From the NCBI GenBank assembly GCA_965207885.1, contig OZ242311.1, positions 2,464,001 to 2,528,000 of the forward strand: a stretch of DNA of 64,000 nucleotides, read 5' to 3'. The notes beneath the pieces were generated by a model. The model was given only the letters and a program-made list of their open reading frames with translations. It was not told the origin of the DNA and made no database searches. The DNA comes from Candidatus Latescibacterota bacterium (lineage in GTDB: Bacteria; Latescibacterota; UBA2968). Shown here piece after piece: positions 60,313-64,000 of the stretch; position 1 is the first letter of the stretch; each line of letters starts with the position of its first letter. Made by a program: the position numbers and the translations under genes.

Positions 60313-62514
60313 ATGGAGGAAGACATGATTGGACCGCGGTTGAGTGATGAAGCGTTTTTTGAGGCGCTCGATTTGTCGCGTGCGGATATGAGGGCTGTAA
60401 AAAGGGCGGTAGAGGCGCGAGATTGGACGGGTGCGCGGCGTGCGTTTGCAGAACACATTCGCACGCGAGAATATCCGCGATGGTTTTCGGATTGGCGAAA
60501 TCGGTCAGAGCCACAAGACCGGGATGCAGAGGTCGAACTGGTGCGCGTGGGAGATCGCGCGATCAGAGATATCGATCTCGAAAAGGCTGACCGCATTGTG
60601 GCAAATACGCTGGTGAGTTGCGATGTGGAAGAGGTGTTTGGAGATGTGATCAATTGGGAATTGGATCCGATCAATTACAGGGAATGGACGTGGCAGTTGT
60701 CGCGCCACCCATTTTGGGTCACGCTGGGGCAGGCGTATTGGAAAACGGGCGATGAAAAGTATGCCAGAGCATTCGGGAGACAGATGCGGCACTGGATTGA
60801 ACATGTGCTGATGCCTGTGGGGGAGGATGGCAATACCTGGAAAGACGATGCAGAGATGGGTACGGATCGCACGAATTGCTGGCGCACGATTGAATGTGGG
60901 ATTCGGATGGGACAGACGTGGCCCGCGGCGTTTTACTATTTTCTCTCGTCTGAAACATTTGCAGATGACGATGTGTGTTTGATGGTGAAGAGCATGGTCG
61001 AACACGCGCGACATCTCACCCTATGGCCGCGCGGTGGCAACTGGCAGACGATGCAGGCCAATGGGCAATATCACGTTGGGGCATTGTTTCCCGAGTTCAA
61101 AGAAGCCGCAAGCTGGCGCGAGATTGCAATACAGTCGCTGTATCGAGAATTGGATGAGCAGGTTTATCCCGATGGCGCACAGATTGAGTTGTCGAGTGGG
61201 TATCATCAGGTGAGTTTGCGAAATTTTGTGATGGCGCTCGCGATTGCGCGGTTGAATGATTTGTCTCTGCCGGCGGATTATGTCGCAAAATTGGAGCGGA
61301 TGTATCACTACGATTTGTATCTATCTATGCCCAATTTGCGTTTGCCCGCGCTCAATGACGGGGGTCAGACGGATATCGCGTCCTACATGCAGGGTGGGTT
61401 CAGGTTTTTTCCAGAACGGACGGATTTTCAATGGGCGGGTTCCGGACGTGTGGAAGGGACAAAGCCGCAAACCCTGTCTTGTGCTTTTCCCTATGCGGGG
61501 CATTTTGTTATGCGTTCGGGATGGGAACCGGATGATCTCTATCTCTTTTTTGACGGTGGCCCGTTTGGCTATGGACATCAGCACGAAGATAAGCTGAATA
61601 TCATGCTGTACGCACACGGTCGCGTGCATGTGGTGGATCCGGGAAATTATCCTTATGATTCGTCGCAGTGGCGCACTTATGTGCTGTCAACCCGCGCGCA
61701 CAATACGGTGATGGTGGATGGGCTGGAGCAGAATCAGCGCGGGAAGTCAAGAGAGGATTACGTGGTGTCCGAGCCGCTTCCGCATACGTGGATTTCAAAT
61801 GAGAAATGCGATTATGCGTCGGCGAGTTACGATTTGGGATATGGGTCTGAGAGGGATCAGGCGGTTACACATACGCGGTCGATTTTGTTTGTGAAACCCG
61901 AGTTCTGGATTGTGACGGATGTTCTCATGCCCTCGGATGAGGCGTCTCACACGTATGAAGCGATGTTTCATCTGGATGCGGATGATGCCGAGGTGCTGGC
62001 GAATGGGCGCGGTGTTATGACGAGAAACAGTGGGGGAGAGAGCAATCTGGGCATTTATGCCATTTCGACAAAGCCGATAGATGTGCGGATTGTAAGCGGA
62101 CAGGAAGAGCCGACCGTGCAGGGTTGGATTCCCCGGGGAGGACCCTATCAGTGCGAACCCATTCCAACGGCAATTTTCAAAGCAGAGGGCGATGGTCCCG
62201 CGCTGATGTCATACGTTTTATATCCAGTGAAAGCGGGGGAAGTATCTCCTGTAGCACAGGTGGAATATATTCCCGCAGTGGCCGACAATGGGCGGGTTGC
62301 GATGGCAGGGCGGATTGCGTTGCGCGATGACAGGGAGATTTATTTTGTGCAATCAGAAGCTGGCGAAGGTTGGGTACGCGTTTCTGATGGGGAAACCGAT
62401 GCCGAAGCGGGCGCGATGGAGTTGGTTGATGGATTTGTGAATAAAATAGCTCTCGCAAATGGACAAACAGTGCGGGTATATGGGCAGGAGATTCGGGAAG
62501 GGCAGATGGTGTAA
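60313..62514 (+). CDS. Heparinase II/III-like (alginate lyase family) protein
   Basis: YPDGAQIELSSGYH, GHQHEDKL, STRAHNTVMVDG. Confidence 0.85.
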   Translation: MEEDMIGPRLSDEAFFEALDLSRADMRAVKRAVEARDWTGARRAFAEHIRTREYPRWFSDWRNRSEPQDRDAEVELVRVGDRAIRDIDLEKADRIVANTLVSCDVEEVFGDVINWELDPINYREWTWQLSRHPFWVTLGQAYWKTGDEKYARAFGRQMRHWIEHVLMPVGEDGNTWKDDAEMGTDRTNCWRTIECGIRMGQTWPAAFYYFLSSETFADDDVCLMVKSMVEHARHLTLWPRGGNWQTMQANGQYHVGALFPEFKEAASWREIAIQSLYRELDEQVYPDGAQIELSSGYHQVSLRNFVMALAIARLNDLSLPADYVAKLERMYHYDLYLSMPNLRLPALNDGGQTDIASYMQGGFRFFPERTDFQWAGSGRVEGTKPQTLSCAFPYAGHFVMRSGWEPDDLYLFFDGGPFGYGHQHEDKLNIMLYAHGRVHVVDPGNYPYDSSQWRTYVLSTRAHNTVMVDGLEQNQRGKSREDYVVSEPLPHTWISNEKCDYASASYDLGYGSERDQAVTHTRSILFVKPEFWIVTDVLMPSDEASHTYEAMFHLDADDAEVLANGRGVMTRNSGGESNLGIYAISTKPIDVRIVSGQEEPTVQGWIPRGGPYQCEPIPTAIFKAEGDGPALMSYVLYPVKAGEVSPVAQVEYIPAVADNGRVAMAGRIALRDDREIYFVQSEAGEGWVRVSDGETDAEAGAMELVDGFVNKIALANGQTVRVYGQEIREGQMV

Positions 62515-62516
62515 GT

Positions 62517-63347
62517 TTATAGCTGTTTGATGTCGATGCCGCCGTTGAGGGTTTGGAGTTTGATATTCGGGCCATTTCCGCCATTGAGGTTGCCACGGAG
62601 AGACTTGCTAATGCGCCCGCCAACGCGCCCTTTGACTTCAATTGGAAATTCTGTATCAATATGGCCTATCGTACTTTTGGCTTGAATGTGATCTTGAAAG
62701 TCTGAGGGAAGGGACAGTTTCAACCCGCCGTTTACAGTTTCTGCACGAATGTCGTCCTGTATTTGCTCGGCAATTGCGATTTCAATGCTGCCGTTCACGG
62801 TTTCGGCTTTTATACCACCGATAATCTCAGTGAGATTGATTTTGCCGTTCACGGTTTCAACATCGATTGCGCCGCGCGTGCCATTGATTTTGATACTGCC
62901 ATTCACGGTTTCGCTTTTCACATTGCCCGTAGTCGAGGGGATAGAAATACTTCCGTTGACTGTATCGAGGTCCAGGCGCACGTTTTTGGGGACTGTGATT
63001 GTATAGTTTACGCTTATATTCCAGTCCTTAAATAGGTTCCACTTGTTGTCGGGGCGTTGGGTGCGAATCTCGATACCGCTGTCTGTTTCTTCAATTTCGA
63101 TGGTGGTGGTTTCGAGTAGTTCTTCGGCGCCTTCTTCATCGCTCGCTTTTGCTTTTTTTACGGCGCGGACAAAGACCTGATCGCTGGTCCAGGTTTTAAG
63201 CGTGATTCCACCATTGCGGGCATGTATAGAGAGCATTTTGCCAGGGGCAAAATCAAGGGTGTATTCGACGATTTCTTCGCGTTTTTCCGAGGCACTGGCC
63301 GGGAGTGTGAATAATGCGGCAAGAACGAAAATCAGGCGCGAGGTCAT
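62517..63347 (-). CDS. DUF4097 beta-strand repeat (putative adhesin) protein
   Basis: Signal peptide after a GGGAGG RBS; repeated TVNGSI motifs. Confidence 0.85.
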   Translation of the reverse strand: MTSRLIFVLAALFTLPASASEKREEIVEYTLDFAPGKMLSIHARNGGITLKTWTSDQVFVRAVKKAKASDEEGAEELLETTTIEIEETDSGIEIRTQRPDNKWNLFKDWNISVNYTITVPKNVRLDLDTVNGSISIPSTTGNVKSETVNGSIKINGTRGAIDVETVNGKINLTEIIGGIKAETVNGSIEIAIAEQIQDDIRAETVNGGLKLSLPSDFQDHIQAKSTIGHIDTEFPIEVKGRVGGRISKSLRGNLNGGNGPNIKLQTLNGGIDIKQL

Positions 63348-63514
63348 GGCAAGCCTCCCTATAAGTTGTAGGTTGTGAAACGCAACAGTGAGGTAAAGAA
63401 TTAGACTCGTTCTTATATTAAGGGTTTCGGATTTTTGGGATTGAAGTGAAACAATTTTGGGACAGACCCCACTATTTTTTATAAAAAGGATTACATCGAG
63501 TCTTTCGAGGGGAT

Positions 63515-64000
63515 ATGGCTTCAAGCAAGATGCGGCGAATTATCGTAGTGGGCACCTGCGGGTCGGGCAAGACAACTTTAGCGGCTGAGATTGCCCGGCG
63601 ATTGCATGCCCCTCACATTGAGCTGGATGCTCTGCATTGGGGACCAAACTGGACACCTGTCGATCTTGATGTTTTCAGGGCAAAGACAGAAGAAGCACTG
63701 AAGAATGACAGTTGGGCAGTGGACGGAAATTATAGCAAGGTGCGCGATATTGTGTGGCCGCGAGCCGATACAGTGGTGTGGCTGCGGTATTCGCTCTTTG
63801 TCATTTACCGGCAGCTTACGCGGCGTACTTTGAGACGAGTGTGGTGCAAAGAGGTGTTGTGGAGTGGTAACAGGGAAGAGTGGCACAATGTGTTTGCACG
63901 CGATTCCCTGTTTTTGTGGGCAATAACTTCCAATCGCAAACACCGTCGCCGTTATCCGTTATTATTCGAAGAGTACGATCATTTGAAGGTTGTGGTATTG
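63515..64000 (+). CDS. Adenylate kinase-like / FlaR-type P-loop protein (runs off the window)
   Basis: Translated by hand: RIIVVGTCGSGKTTLA...HIELDALHWGPNW...WAVDGNY; no stop in the window, so absent from the ORF track. Confidence 0.85.
   Translation, partial: MASSKMRRIIVVGTCGSGKTTLAAEIARRLHAPHIELDALHWGPNWTPVDLDVFRAKTEEALKNDSWAVDGNYSKVRDIVWPRADTVVWLRYSLFVIYRQLTRRTLRRVWCKEVLWSGNREEWHNVFARDSLFLWAITSNRKHRRRYPLLFEEYDHLKVVVL

Overview
Bacterial chromosomal window, mostly housekeeping genes. Gene content (several PhyH dioxygenases, a sulfatase, an EF-hand/CARDB repeat protein, group II GGGP synthase, a large SRP RNA) suggests an FCB-related lineage such as Ca. Latescibacterota, possibly sponge-associated; this placement is inference only. 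Positions 1-5665 form an accessory island at the 3' end of tRNA-Asn. It holds a Fic protein, a Doc toxin-antitoxin pair, a probable serine-recombinase remnant fused to an HTH domain, two tandem structured RNAs with a c4/CI-like pairing topology behind tandem promoters, and a translationally coupled operon of three unknown genes. Core genes follow: rpiB, tadA, tRNAs, SRP RNA, dnaX-ybaB-recR-pgsA-pgpA-thpR-recA, a repeat surface protein, recX-alaS-GGGPS-pfkB-ptsH-ptsI-metK, and a sigma54-type BamA-like/DUF4390/NtrY/NtrX-like operon. Further right are catabolic genes, an XPB helicase...DUF790 (Bax1) cluster interleaved with four genes, an M16 peptidase, sucC and dnaK. An AccI-family restriction-modification pair lies before dnaK; its predicted site GTMKAC was not found anywhere in a manual read. 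A minus-strand catabolic operon is broken by an IS5-family insertion and a 1-bp frameshift. No CRISPR array or rRNA was seen. All calls come from motif recognition by eye, without database searches.
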